Origin: an uncultured Actinomycetota bacterium
Lineage (GTDB): Bacteria > Actinomycetota > Actinomycetes > JAHEKZ01
Direction of reading: 5' to 3'
DNA length: 64,000 bases
NCBI GenBank assembly: GCA_963829525.1
Contig: CAWHIJ010000003.1
Span: 1,504,001-1,568,000, forward strand
Shown: piece after piece, positions 29,846-39,801 of the stretch
How the letters are laid out: every line of letters starts with the position of its first letter
How positions within the stretch are numbered: position 1 is the first letter of the stretch
Notes under the pieces: model-generated
What the model saw: the letters and a program-made list of their open reading frames with translations, nothing else
Told to the model about the DNA's origin: nothing
Database searches by the model: none
Position numbers and translations under genes: made by a program

Positions 29846-31042
29846 GTGCGCGTAGTGCTCTTCACCGGTAAGGGTGGAGTCGGAAAGACAACCCTTGCCG
29901 CGGCGACGGCAGCTCAGGTTGCCGCTGCCGGCCGCAAGACGCTCGTGCTCTCAACAGACCCAGCGCACTCACTGTCCGACGCGATGGCCTGCAGCGCTGA
30001 GACAGAACCGACCGAGGTGGCGGCTGGGCTCTTCGTCGGGCACGTCGATACCCAGCGGCGACTTCAGGAATCCTGGGGCGAGCTACAGGGCTACCTCGCG
30101 TCCCTCTTGGGTTCGGCCGGCTTCGACACCCTTCGCGCCGAAGAGCTGACCGTCCTGCCTGGCGCCGAAGAGTTGCTGGCACTGATCGAGGTACGCGACC
30201 ACGTCCGAAGTGGTCGGTGGGACGCGGTCATCGTCGACTGCGCCCCTACCGCCGAGACACTGCGCCTGCTGGCTCTCCCCGAGGCGCTCGAGTGGTATCT
30301 GAGCCGAGCACTTCCAGCCGAGCGGCGCGTGGTGCGCGCGCTGCGTCCTTTACTCGGACCCGCCGTGGGTCTGCCCGCCCCCAACACCGAAGTGTGGGAG
30401 GCAGCTGAGCAGCTGCAGGGGCAACTGCTCGACGTGCAGCAGGTGTTGCGTGCCCCCGAGACCACCGTTCGGTTGGTGCTGACGCCAGAGTCCGTCGTGG
30501 TCGCGGAGGCGCGTCGGGCCTACACGCAGCTGGCGCTCTACGGCTACCGAGTCGACGCGGTGATAGCGAATCGGGTCTTCGACGCCGGTGACGATCCCTG
30601 GCGATCCAGCTGGGCACAGACGCAGCGCCGCCAGCTCAGCGAGGTCAGCGACTCTTTTGAGCCACTCCCGATCTTCACCGCTGGCTATCTGCCCGCCGAG
30701 CCTGTTGGCCCAGACGCGCTCGCGAGACTCGGCGCAACGGTGTACGGACCAGCAGATCCACTTGCAGCGGTCGAGTCAGCGGACTTCCTTACGGTTCGAC
30801 AAGCAGGCGATGGTTTCGTGATGACCTTGGTACTGCCCTTGGTCGACAAGGACTCCCTCGACCTCACCCGCGTCGGCGACGACCTCGTCGTCACGGTTTC
30901 AGGGCGCCGACGCGTCATGGCGCTGCCCAGTGCGCTGCGGCGCTGTCAGGTTCGCGGTGCGCACGTCGAGGATGGACGTCTGCACATCAGATTTGTGCCG
31001 GACCGAGAACAGTTTCCTCGAGTGACGGCGGCGCACCCATGA
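29846..31042 (+). CDS. ArsA/Get3-family ATPase with C-terminal HSP20-like domain
   Basis: GKGGVGKTT, STDPAHSL, DCAPTAETLRLL; beta-rich C-terminal tail. Confidence 0.9.
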   Translation: MRVVLFTGKGGVGKTTLAAATAAQVAAAGRKTLVLSTDPAHSLSDAMACSAETEPTEVAAGLFVGHVDTQRRLQESWGELQGYLASLLGSAGFDTLRAEELTVLPGAEELLALIEVRDHVRSGRWDAVIVDCAPTAETLRLLALPEALEWYLSRALPAERRVVRALRPLLGPAVGLPAPNTEVWEAAEQLQGQLLDVQQVLRAPETTVRLVLTPESVVVAEARRAYTQLALYGYRVDAVIANRVFDAGDDPWRSSWAQTQRRQLSEVSDSFEPLPIFTAGYLPAEPVGPDALARLGATVYGPADPLAAVESADFLTVRQAGDGFVMTLVLPLVDKDSLDLTRVGDDLVVTVSGRRRVMALPSALRRCQVRGAHVEDGRLHIRFVPDREQFPRVTAAHP

Positions 31043-31344
31043 GTGAGCGAGAGCCGTTGGGTAGCGCCGCGCACGAAGCAGGGCGGCTGATGGATGCGCT
31101 GCGTGACTGGCTGGACGCCCGCGGTGTTCCCGAGACGCCGATCGCAACGGGGAGCGCCGAGTGCCGGGCGTGCCCGGTTTGCCTGACGTTGAGCGCGGTT
31201 CGCGAGCACCACCCCGAGGTCGTCGAGCAGCTCGGAAAGGCCGCCGAGTCGATCCTGGCAGCCCTTCGCGCCGTCATCGCCGAACAAGAGGAACGCTGGA
31301 GCGATCCAGGGCGTCCTGACGTCGAGCGAATCGACATCGACTGA
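31039..31344 (+). CDS. Small CxxCPxC protein of the ArsA-glucokinase operon
   Basis: ECRACPVC, PEVVEQL, ends VERIDID; translationally coupled on both sides. Confidence 0.78.
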   Translation: MSEREPLGSAAHEAGRLMDALRDWLDARGVPETPIATGSAECRACPVCLTLSAVREHHPEVVEQLGKAAESILAALRAVIAEQEERWSDPGRPDVERIDID

Positions 31345-32249
31345 TGTCCGGCTACACCGTCGGGGTCGACGTTGGCGGTACCAAGGTTGCTGCAGCGCTG
31401 GTAGATGACGCCGGGGTCATCATGCGACGGGGCCGCGCCGAAACCGAGTCGTCCGACTACGCGGGGATGGTTGCCGGCATCGTCTCGGCAGTCACCGAGG
31501 TGCGCGAAGGCGTTGATGTGAGTGGCGTCGGGCTTGCCATCGCCGGCAATGTTGCCGCTGACGGGTCACACGTCCTCTTCTCGCCGCACTTGCCGCTGGC
31601 CAGTGAGCCGCTCGCCGCTGACCTGCGGGCGGCGCTTGGTGTTCGGATCCTCATCGACAACGACGCAAATGCTGCTGCCTGGGCCGAACACGAGTCTGGA
31701 GCCGGACGCGGCACCAGCGAGATGCTGTTCGTCGCTCTGGGTACCGGACTTGGCGCGGGTTTGGTGCTGAGCAACCGGCTGTACCGGGGGTACCAGGGTT
31801 TCGCCGGGGAGGCGGGTCACCTGACGGTCGTGATCGACGGAAGAGCTTGTCCTTGTGGCGCCCGTGGCTGCTGGGAGCGATACGCCAGCGGTACGGCGCT
31901 CGTCGCGCATTACGTCGAGCGAGGCGGTGACCCGGAAGTTGGCGGACCTGGCATCACGAAGGCTGCCGCGAAGGGTGATGCCCTCGCGCTCGCCGCACTG
32001 GCTGACGTGGGTGAGTGGCTCGGCCGGGGTTTGGCGAGCCTGGTGGCGATCTTGGACCCTGAGATCGTCGTTGTCGGTGGGGGAGTCAGCGAGTCCGGCG
32101 ACCTACTGCTCGATCCCGCTCGCCGTCAGCTGTCGGAGTCGGTGACCGGGGCCGGACGGCGTCCGCTGCCCGCTGTCGTGGCGGCCACGCTTGGCAACGA
32201 GGCCGGCGTGGTCGGGGCCGCGATGCTGGCCCGCACTCACAGTTTGTAG
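31344..32249 (+). CDS. glk: ROK-family glucokinase
   Basis: GVDVGGTK, NDANAAA, GTGLG, GEAGH, CPCGARGCWE. Confidence 0.88.
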   Translation: MSGYTVGVDVGGTKVAAALVDDAGVIMRRGRAETESSDYAGMVAGIVSAVTEVREGVDVSGVGLAIAGNVAADGSHVLFSPHLPLASEPLAADLRAALGVRILIDNDANAAAWAEHESGAGRGTSEMLFVALGTGLGAGLVLSNRLYRGYQGFAGEAGHLTVVIDGRACPCGARGCWERYASGTALVAHYVERGGDPEVGGPGITKAAAKGDALALAALADVGEWLGRGLASLVAILDPEIVVVGGGVSESGDLLLDPARRQLSESVTGAGRRPLPAVVAATLGNEAGVVGAAMLARTHSL

Positions 32250-32318
32250 TGATCTATCACTCTCCGTAGTTCCGATCATCTGATCGGTTCGACCATGGGG
32301 GATCTGGCTCAGCAAATC

Positions 32319-32346
32319 TTAAGCGGCTGGACGATCCTGCCGATGG
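32319..32346 (+). promoter_or_regulatory. Sigma-28-like promoter of TadE/TadG cassette 1
   Basis: TTAAG-N15-GCCGATGG, close to the FliA consensus TAAA-N15-GCCGATAA. Confidence 0.6.
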
Positions 32347-32390
32347 CGCCTGTGGGACGGGTGCCGTAGGGCTCCCGCGCGGAGGGAGTC

Positions 32391-32909
32391 ATGAAGCGAC
32401 TGCGACCGACGATTCGAGGAAGATCCGACGGCGGGGCGACCGCTGTCGAGTTCGCCCTCGTCGTTCCCATTCTTCTGGTGCTGGTCTTCGGGATCATCGA
32501 CTACGGACTCTGGTTCTCCGACTCACTGTCCTCGCGTCAAGGGGTGCGTGAGGCCGCGCGGCAAGGAGTGGTTGCGAACTTCGGTGATACGACCAGCTGT
32601 GGGCTCAGTGGGGCATCAGGCGACTCGAACTCCCGCGCCCTCATGTGCACGGCGCAGAACCGAATCGGTGGCATCGCAGGCGAACCGGCCATCAAGGTGT
32701 CGGCTCCGGAAGGCTGGGTTCGCGGCAAGCCGCTTATTGTGTGTGCGCAGATGAAAGGAGGAGCCGGCACCGGGCTTGTCCCGCTGCCCAATGACCGCAT
32801 CATCCGCACTGAAGTGCAGATGGCCATCGAGCAGGCTCCGCCCGGTACCGCCTTCATCGGCGGCTCCGAGTCACCTCCCGCCGGTGCGAACTGGGACTGG
32901 TGCGGATGA
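32391..32909 (+). CDS. tadE: TadE-family minor pilin
   Basis: G/ATAVEFALVVPILLVLVFGIIDYG, VREAAR. Confidence 0.9.
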   Translation: MKRLRPTIRGRSDGGATAVEFALVVPILLVLVFGIIDYGLWFSDSLSSRQGVREAARQGVVANFGDTTSCGLSGASGDSNSRALMCTAQNRIGGIAGEPAIKVSAPEGWVRGKPLIVCAQMKGGAGTGLVPLPNDRIIRTEVQMAIEQAPPGTAFIGGSESPPAGANWDWCG

Positions 32910-34278
32910 TGGGCAGACTGCGCGACGAAGGTGGGGCAGTAGCGGTCCTCACGGCGCTTCTGGCTGTCGTGCTTCTCAGCATGGCGGCATTGGTGGTTGA
33001 CCTCGGTATAGCCAGGGACAGTCGCCGCCAAGCGCAGAACACCGCCGACTCCGCGGCCCTGGCTGCCGCTAACGCGCTGTATGCCACGCGTGCTCCGAAT
33101 CTGAACCAGCCCGGCGACTTCGTCGCTGCCGTGAATGCAGCCAAGCGATACGCGGCTGAGAACTACGGGACGACCGAAGCTGAGTGGCGCGGCTGCTCAA
33201 CAGACCAGGCGCTCGACTATCAGAATCCCGGGACTTGGACGAACTGCATCACCTTCGACTCCTTTCTCTATCCCAGGCAGGTCCTGATCGTCGTTCCGGT
33301 GCGTGAGCAGCCGGTCTTCTTCGGTGGCGTTGTCGGGTACGAGGGTGCTCGATCGGCGCACTGGCGCAGGCGCGGCTCGACCCGGGAGGTCGCCGCGTGT
33401 GCACCTTCTGCGTTTTGGGTGACGACGTGAACGTGATCCAGAACGGCAACGTCAACGTCACCGGCGGCAACATGTGGTTCAACGGCGACGTCGCCATGGG
33501 GCCTAACGGAGTTCGGCGAACTCCAGCTCCGGGAACTGTTGTTGGTGATGACGGTTCGACTTTCGTAGATGGTGGCAACATCTACGTGTCCGGCGCGATC
33601 ACTAGCAACTGCACCAAGGTCCAGGGCGGTGGTGCACAGGTCGGTCAGCCGCGGGTTGTTGACCCACTCGCAGCGCAGGTGTTGCCGTTCGTCACGCAGA
33701 GCGCGTTGGTGGGAAAGACGGTCAGTCCCTGCTCGGGTGGCCCCGGGATCTATGGCGACGTCAATCTTCGGCCAGGTACTTGCACGCTCATTCCGGGTCT
33801 CTACGTGTTCACCGGAAAGTTGGATCTGGCTGGTGGGGCGACGCTAATCGGCAACGGGGTCACCTTCTACTTCACCTGCGGTGAGGGGACGGTGCCGCGG
33901 GCGTGCAACTCACCCGGTGAGGACGGCGGCCGGATCGACTCCACGGGTACGCCCGAGTACCAGTTGACAGCCCCGCCTCTGCGCTCCACGCACCCCACGG
34001 TCGCGTCCGAGCTCTACGGCTACTCGCTCGTGTTCGATCGCTACAACACGTCAGTGCAGCGACTCCGAGGAAATACGAACTCGTTCGTCTCGGGAACGAT
34101 CTACGGCGTGAATGCGACCTTGGACATCGGCGGAACGGCGGGCAGCACGACGCCGTTCAGTTCCTGGGTGGTCATCGGAACCTTGAAGATGAACGGTTCG
34201 CCAGCGAGCCTGACCGTCAACTTCGACGCGTCGAAGAACGCCAAGGCAAGTGAAGGCGCACGCGGGTTGGTGCGGTAG
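32906..34278 (+). CDS. TadG-like pilin/adhesin with Gly/Asn-rich beta-repeat C-terminal domain (frameshift near 33345)
   Basis: G/AVAVLTALL...VDLG...QNTADSAALAAA; downstream frame has PGIYG, PGLYVF, GVTFYF, GTIYG. Confidence 0.82.
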
Positions 34279-34301
34279 GGCTCGTTCTGTCGGTCTTGGC
34301 G

Positions 34302-35406
34302 CTACTTCCAGAGCTGGGCGCTCAGGATCGCATTCTTGCAGTTCGATGCGGTGAAGTTGCAGGTTAACCCGCTGCCGGAGTAGCCGGTGGTGTAGTCGAC
34401 GTAGCGGTACTGGATGAATCGGACCGCGTTCGGTCGAGCGTTGATGTAGGGAGCAGCCTTCACCGGGTCGTAGCAGCTGCCGAACTTGTACTTGGTGCGA
34501 TCAAGGTAGTACCCGCACACCTTCGCGCTGACGAAAGCCCACGACGGTGAACCGGCCGTTGCTACCCGGTCCCGATCCTGGCGTATAGCCGCTGACGACC
34601 GGGAAGAGCACGACCTGGTCCACAATCGAGTCAAGCTGCGTTTGGACAGGTGCCAGGTTGTTGCCGGGGTCACCAGGAACCACGGGTGGCGACACGGATA
34701 CGGGCTTGGGATACCCGTTCTGCGTCCAGTCCTGAATGTCTCCGGTGGGGTTTGAGCCACCATCGAAATCCACGATCCCCCAGTTGCCGGCGGCCGTTGA
34801 GTTGCAGAGTCCAATCTTGTTGTCCAGGTCCATGACGAACGTCTCGCCAGGTGTTGCCTTTGCCTGGTCGACGACGCTGTTGCAGGCGGCGTAGGGACGC
34901 AGCCCGCTAACGGAGAGCAGCGGGACGACGGCGGCAGTTGCCGATCGCTTCGGTGCGATGCTCGAGATGTTGGCGACACCACCGAAGAAGACCGGGAGGT
35001 CACGGCTGTTGTCGACGCGGACTTCGACCCGACTGTCGCCAATGCATGTGATGACCACGGAATCGACGTTGGAGTTACCGCTCAAGTCGTTGGCGGCATT
35101 GGTGGAGTTGGCTGCGCCTTCGGCCGCTGCTTGCGCGGCTGCTCGCTGGCTGGCTGTCCACCCCGCACATCCTTGACCCCCTCCAAGAATCGGCAGGCCG
35201 CCGGACTTCGCGACCGCAACGGCTCGGGCCGCGTCGAGGGCGGCCGAGTCGGCGGCAACAGAGAGCTGTCGCTTGACGGCGTAGGCATTGCCCAAGTCGA
35301 CGGCGAAGGCGGCCATCAAGACGAGGAGCACGGACAAGAGCGCGACGATCACCGCGACGGCACCATCGTCTCTCGGTTGGCGGATGGCTCTTAGTTGAAC
35401 TCGCAC
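34302..35406 (-). CDS. Second TadG-like pilin/adhesin (frameshift near 34540; start approximate)
   Basis: G/AVAVIVALL...AVDLG...QLSVAADSAALDAA; GNWGIVDF, PGDPGN, VLFPV, VVGF. Confidence 0.82.
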
Positions 35407-35900
35407 TTGTACACCGCCTTGGATGTCAAGGTGAACTGATTCGGGAGCCCTGGGACCGGCAAGGGAAGAATTAGCTTTGCCGGGTAGGTGGCGGTGACCA
35501 CGATGCTCTGCTGGGCATTGGTCGTTGCGTTGATCGAGCCGGTGCACACCGCTGGCGAGGTACTGGCCGGGTTGTTCCCCGTCCCGCATGGTGTGGTTGA
35601 GGCCGACCGCACGACCTTGACGTTGATGTCAGTGGTGGCCATGGCGATGGCAGGCCCCGTCGAGTTGCGGACGCCGGAAACGACACCCGCGCATGACTTC
35701 TCGAATGACGTTGAACCTTCCACAACCGCGAGTCGGGCGCCTTGGCGGACTCCGTTGTTCAGGGCGAGCTGCTGCGCGAAGAGGGTGCCGTAGGAGATGA
35801 TGCCGAACGCAAGAATGAGCAGAATCGGGAGTACCAGAGCGAACTCGACGGCGGACGCGCCGTCGTCACGTCGCCTCCGCGGCCTGAGGCGAGCGATCAT
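35391..35900 (-). CDS. tadE: Second TadE-family minor pilin
   Basis: G/ASAVEFALVLPILLILAFGIISYG, VRQGAR; AAGGGGG RBS. Confidence 0.9.
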   Translation of the reverse strand: MIARLRPRRRRDDGASAVEFALVLPILLILAFGIISYGTLFAQQLALNNGVRQGARLAVVEGSTSFEKSCAGVVSGVRNSTGPAIAMATTDINVKVVRSASTTPCGTGNNPASTSPAVCTGSINATTNAQQSIVVTATYPAKLILPLPVPGLPNQFTLTSKAVYKCEFN

Positions 35901-36017
35901 GGGTCCCCCTTGCGGGCGGCGTTCGCCCATCCGGACTATCAAGGTCTTACCGAAAGTGTCCACTGGACCGGGGACCTGCGACAGGATACTCCCCATGTTC
36001 ACCCGGTTGGAGGACAG

Positions 36018-36701
36018 TTGCGACGGCCGCTTCGCCTGATGACCTGGAACGTTCGCTCGCTGCGCGACGATCGGGCAGCCGTCATCCGGGTCTTGAGAAC
36101 CTGCGCCCCAGATGTCCTGTTTGTGCAGGAGGCGCCTCGCTTCCTGAGGGCCCAGTCCAAGCTGGCGGCCCTCGCCCGTGAGGCGGGACTTGTCGTCGCT
36201 GCAGGCGGGCGACCCGCGGCAGGCGTCGCCCTGCTCACCACCCTCCGGGTGGACGTCGACGCCCCCGCCAGCCACCTCCTCACCAAGACCTGGCGCCTGC
36301 ACCAGAGGGGCCTCGCCATGGCTCGACTGAGCCTCGGAGACCTCTCGTTCGTCGCCGGGTCACTGCATCTTGGCCTCGACGGCGCCGAGCGCCGGCGGCA
36401 TGCGTCCGAGATCGCCCACCTCCTCGGAACGGGCGATTCGGTGATCGCTGGCGACTTCAACGAGGGCTCGACCGGCCCGGCCCGGCGGGCCCTCGCATCC
36501 GGCCGACACGACGTCGGGGCGGCACAGGACTTGCCGACCTTCTCGACGTCGGCGCCTCGACGGCGGATCGACACGATCCTGGTTCCAACCGATTGGCAGG
36601 TGACACCCGTCTCACCCCTCGAAATACTGCATGAATCGGACCTTGTCGTCGCCACGGATCACCGACCGGTGATCGCCGATGTGGTGGGCTGGGCCCGGTA
36701 G
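36018..36701 (+). CDS. Endonuclease/exonuclease/phosphatase family protein
   Basis: LMTWNV, DVLFVQE, AGDFNE, RIDTIL, TDHRPV; TTG start after GGAGG. Confidence 0.9.
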   Translation: MRRPLRLMTWNVRSLRDDRAAVIRVLRTCAPDVLFVQEAPRFLRAQSKLAALAREAGLVVAAGGRPAAGVALLTTLRVDVDAPASHLLTKTWRLHQRGLAMARLSLGDLSFVAGSLHLGLDGAERRRHASEIAHLLGTGDSVIAGDFNEGSTGPARRALASGRHDVGAAQDLPTFSTSAPRRRIDTILVPTDWQVTPVSPLEILHESDLVVATDHRPVIADVVGWAR

Positions 36702-36760
36702 CCCGACACTGGGGTCATCGCGTGGGGTCACATCGCTACGGGGGCGAAGGGACGAGACTG

Positions 36761-38077
36761 GTGCCGGACAGTTTTGCCGAGCGGGTTGCGCGAGTGCCAC
36801 CGCGCCTGTTGCTGCCCCACGGCAGCACGACCCCAGAGCGCCTCACCCTTGTGGACGCGCTCGCGCTTCCGGACGCCGTTCCCGCCTGCTGGCTCGTCCT
36901 CGCCACCGACGACGAAGACGGCAGCCACATCCTGCCGCTTGTCGATGATGGGCAGCAGCCTCGTCGGGCAAGGGCCGGTGATGGGTGGGCGACCGCCTTG
37001 GTGGCCCTGGGTCTGCACCCGAACGGCGAGCGCGGGTGGCAGGTCAGGGTGGTCGAACCGTTGGACGCCGCAACGTTGCAAGGGTCGCTCATCGAGGAAC
37101 CGATGTCGTCATCGTCGTGGCACGAGTCGCTCGAGGTCGCAGGCGCCTTCCGCATCCGGATCGTGCTGCGCCCTGACCGTCTGAGCGCACCGTCGCCACA
37201 ACCATGGCGTCACATTGGTCACACCGCCCCTGACCTGGTCGACGGCGGCCGCTTCGACGTGGCGTGGAGCTCGCCGGACGAAGCGCGCTCACTGTCCTCT
37301 GCCGTGCTCGTGGCCGACGTTGCCTCCGAGACGTCGGTGGCCGAGGTGCTCAACCGCGAGGCGACCCGGCACTTGCGCGGCTCCGACACCGCCAACAGCA
37401 CCCTTGCCCTGGCCACCATGCTCGGTGAGACGTTGGCCAGGGCACACCACGCACTCGCAACCCCATCACCGGAGCTGCCAGAACCTTTGACGGTCATGGA
37501 CGCGGACGGGGCAGCGCTCTTGGACCGACGAGTGAAGGACGTGCTGTCTGAAGCGGTCGTGCTGACCGAACCAGATGTTCGCGAGACCCTGCACGCGCAC
37601 ATGGTCGATTTGCGAGGCTCGTTCGCCGAGCTGGCGTTCGCGACGGGTGCCTGGGTGTTACCGGCTGTGCCACTGGGCAGCCTGGAGCAGTTCCTGGTCC
37701 GCAGCGACCGGCTGGTCCTCGACCCGTTGGCGGTTCGTGCTGCTGAGGGACCGCACCTGGCGGTGATGGACGTCGCCCGGCTGCTCCGCGAAGTCACCCA
37801 TGTTGCGCACGGCGCGTTGCGTCGCATGGTCGGCGGCGGCGAACACGTGCCGGCTGAGCGCGTCCCGACGTGGGTGGGTGCTGTGCGCGAGACCATCCTG
37901 GAACGCTACGAGGCAACTCTGATCGCCTATGGGCAGGCGCCCCTGCTCGACGCCCGGCTGCTGCGTGCCTTCGAGATCGAGGCGGAGTGCCGAGCCCTCA
38001 TCTACGCATCGCGCGAGCTGCCGACGTGGAGCTCGGTACCCGATGCCGGGCTGGTCGAGCTGCTGAGCCACTGGTGA
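36761..38077 (+). CDS. Glucosamine kinase/maltokinase-like protein with degenerate catalytic motifs
   Basis: RRARAGDG, LARAHHALA, DVARLLR, RLLRAFEIEAECRALIYASRELPTW..VPDA resemble the family; HGD and DF motifs are absent. Confidence 0.65.
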   Translation: MPDSFAERVARVPPRLLLPHGSTTPERLTLVDALALPDAVPACWLVLATDDEDGSHILPLVDDGQQPRRARAGDGWATALVALGLHPNGERGWQVRVVEPLDAATLQGSLIEEPMSSSSWHESLEVAGAFRIRIVLRPDRLSAPSPQPWRHIGHTAPDLVDGGRFDVAWSSPDEARSLSSAVLVADVASETSVAEVLNREATRHLRGSDTANSTLALATMLGETLARAHHALATPSPELPEPLTVMDADGAALLDRRVKDVLSEAVVLTEPDVRETLHAHMVDLRGSFAELAFATGAWVLPAVPLGSLEQFLVRSDRLVLDPLAVRAAEGPHLAVMDVARLLREVTHVAHGALRRMVGGGEHVPAERVPTWVGAVRETILERYEATLIAYGQAPLLDARLLRAFEIEAECRALIYASRELPTWSSVPDAGLVELLSHW

Positions 38078-38105
38078 AAGCGGCCAACGACCCTGGGTCG
38101 GTCAC

Positions 38106-38513
38106 GTGAGGGGAGTCAGGGCTCCGGGTGCCTGGGCCTTCCTGGCAGGGTTTCTCACCGTTGCCGGGCTCATGCACTTTGTCGCACCGCAGTTCTACCG
38201 CCCGCTCATCCCCGAACCCCTGGGGGACCCCGATCCATGGGTTTACGGCTCCGGCGTCGCCGAGATAGCTGTCGGACTCGCACTGATCCCGAGGAAGACC
38301 CGGCGTCCGGCTGCGCTCTGCGCCGCGGCGCTCTTCGTTCTGGTGTTTCCCGGCAACCTGCAGATGGCATGGGACGCGCGCGATGACACCACGGTGCGTC
38401 AGGTGGCGACGCTGGCACGGCTTCCGCTGCAGGCCGTGCTGATCTGGTGGGCACTGCGTGTGGCGAAGAACGCTAAGGCCAGCCTGGGGCTTGCAGAGAG
38501 CGGGAGCGGCTAG
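38106..38513 (+). CDS. DoxX-like membrane protein
   Basis: AGLMHF, VYGSGVAEI, VFPGNLQMA, ARLPLQ. Confidence 0.82.
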   Translation: MRGVRAPGAWAFLAGFLTVAGLMHFVAPQFYRPLIPEPLGDPDPWVYGSGVAEIAVGLALIPRKTRRPAALCAAALFVLVFPGNLQMAWDARDDTTVRQVATLARLPLQAVLIWWALRVAKNAKASLGLAESGSG

Positions 38514-39019
38514 ACCACGGCGCCGTCGTCGGGGCCATCGTCGATGCGCGGGCCCGGCCGCAGTCGAGACACCAGCGTTCCGAACCCGGCCAGGAAGGCG
38601 ACGACCAGTGCGATCCCCGTCAGCCCGTCGACGCCCCAGCCGATGATGGGCAGCACGATTGCCAGGATCGGCGCGCCCAACGCACCCGCCCACGCCCAGC
38701 GCCCCACCTTGTCGCCCTTGGGCAGGGGAGGTGGCGGCGGGGGCACGTAGTGGCCCTCGTCCTCCTGAGGCGGCTCGGACGGAGGCTCGGCCTGCGGGAT
38801 CCGGATGTCGTCCCACTCCGACCATTCGGTCCGGGGAGTGCGCTGTGGGGTCGGCGCCGCTGGTGGCGGCGTGGGGTCCGCAGACGTGTTCTCGGCCTCT
38901 GGCCAGGGTGCGGTGGATGCGGCAGTGCCGGGACGGTCGATGTTGGCGACGATCTCGTCGAAGGCTGCATCGATCGCATGCGTCTCGTCGGGCTCTTCGT
39001 CGTCGGGCGAGGTGGTCAC
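38510..39019 (-). CDS. Conserved hypothetical membrane protein
   Basis: DAAFDEIVA, EGHYVPPPPPPLP, two TMs, C-terminal DDGAVV; coupled to the esterase. Confidence 0.8.
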   Translation of the reverse strand: MTTSPDDEEPDETHAIDAAFDEIVANIDRPGTAASTAPWPEAENTSADPTPPPAAPTPQRTPRTEWSEWDDIRIPQAEPPSEPPQEDEGHYVPPPPPPLPKGDKVGRWAWAGALGAPILAIVLPIIGWGVDGLTGIALVVAFLAGFGTLVSRLRPGPRIDDGPDDGAVV

Positions 39020-39801
39020 GGCTGCAGCCCCGTGGCGTCCCACGCAGTTGCCTCGTGCGTCGTGATCCGCTGCACGAAGGCCAGGCTCTGCTCGAAGATG
39101 AGCGGAGCGTCGTTGTCGAGGGTTGCAACGTGATAGCTGTCGTGCAGCGGGATGAATGTCACATCGCGTGAGCTGACGCCTTGCACGATCTCGACAGAGT
39201 TGCTTGGCTCGACGACGTGGTCGTCGTCGCTGCCGAAAGCGATCATCGGACAGCTGATCTCGGCCAGCCGGGGAGCGACTTCCTGCCACAGCTCGGTCAG
39301 CGAGTACAGCGGCTGCAGCGGCACACGCGCGTATGCCAGTTCGTCCTGCCCCGGCTTCTTGATGTCGTTGCGGATACCGGCAATCGTTGGCAGCACGTGA
39401 CGCAGGATCGGCAGCGCCCTCAGCGCAGGGTTTCGCGAGTGCACCGAGGCATTGACGACCGCGATCCCGGAGACCAGCCGTGGGTGCTCGAGCGCGAGCT
39501 TCAAGGTGAGGGTGCCGCCCATCGAAAGCCCCATGACGAACACGCGGTCGCAGGCGTCAGCGAGCTCGAGCAGCTCACGCTCGAGACACGCGTACCAGTC
39601 CGGCCAACGAGTGATTTGCATCTGCTGCCACTCGGTTCCGTGGCCGGGCAGCAGTGGCAGGCGAACTGACAGGCCGGCGGACGCTAGATGCTCGGCCCAC
39701 GGACGCAGGGAGGCCGGCGATCCGGTGAATCCGTGGCACAGCAGGACGCCGACCGATCCGCCGGCGTGACGGAACGGCTCGGTGCCGGGGTGTGGGACCA
39801 C
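39016..39801 (-). CDS. Alpha/beta hydrolase (carboxylesterase); alternative start 39831
   Basis: HGFTG, GLSMGG nucleophile elbow, DDHVV, SYHVATLD. Confidence 0.92.
   Translation of the reverse strand: MVPHPGTEPFRHAGGSVGVLLCHGFTGSPASLRPWAEHLASAGLSVRLPLLPGHGTEWQQMQITRWPDWYACLERELLELADACDRVFVMGLSMGGTLTLKLALEHPRLVSGIAVVNASVHSRNPALRALPILRHVLPTIAGIRNDIKKPGQDELAYARVPLQPLYSLTELWQEVAPRLAEISCPMIAFGSDDDHVVEPSNSVEIVQGVSSRDVTFIPLHDSYHVATLDNDAPLIFEQSLAFVQRITTHEATAWDATGLQP

Noticed and set aside
29846-31042. ArsA as an arsenic-resistance determinant
   Set aside because: Single ATPase domain with an HSP20-like tail and no arsB/arsC/arsR nearby; fits the housekeeping Get3-like group.
35391-36701. Long overlapping N-terminal extensions of tadE2 and the EEP gene
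   Set aside because: RBS-supported starts at 35900 and 36018 remove the overlap; the extensions are GC-rich open-frame artefacts.
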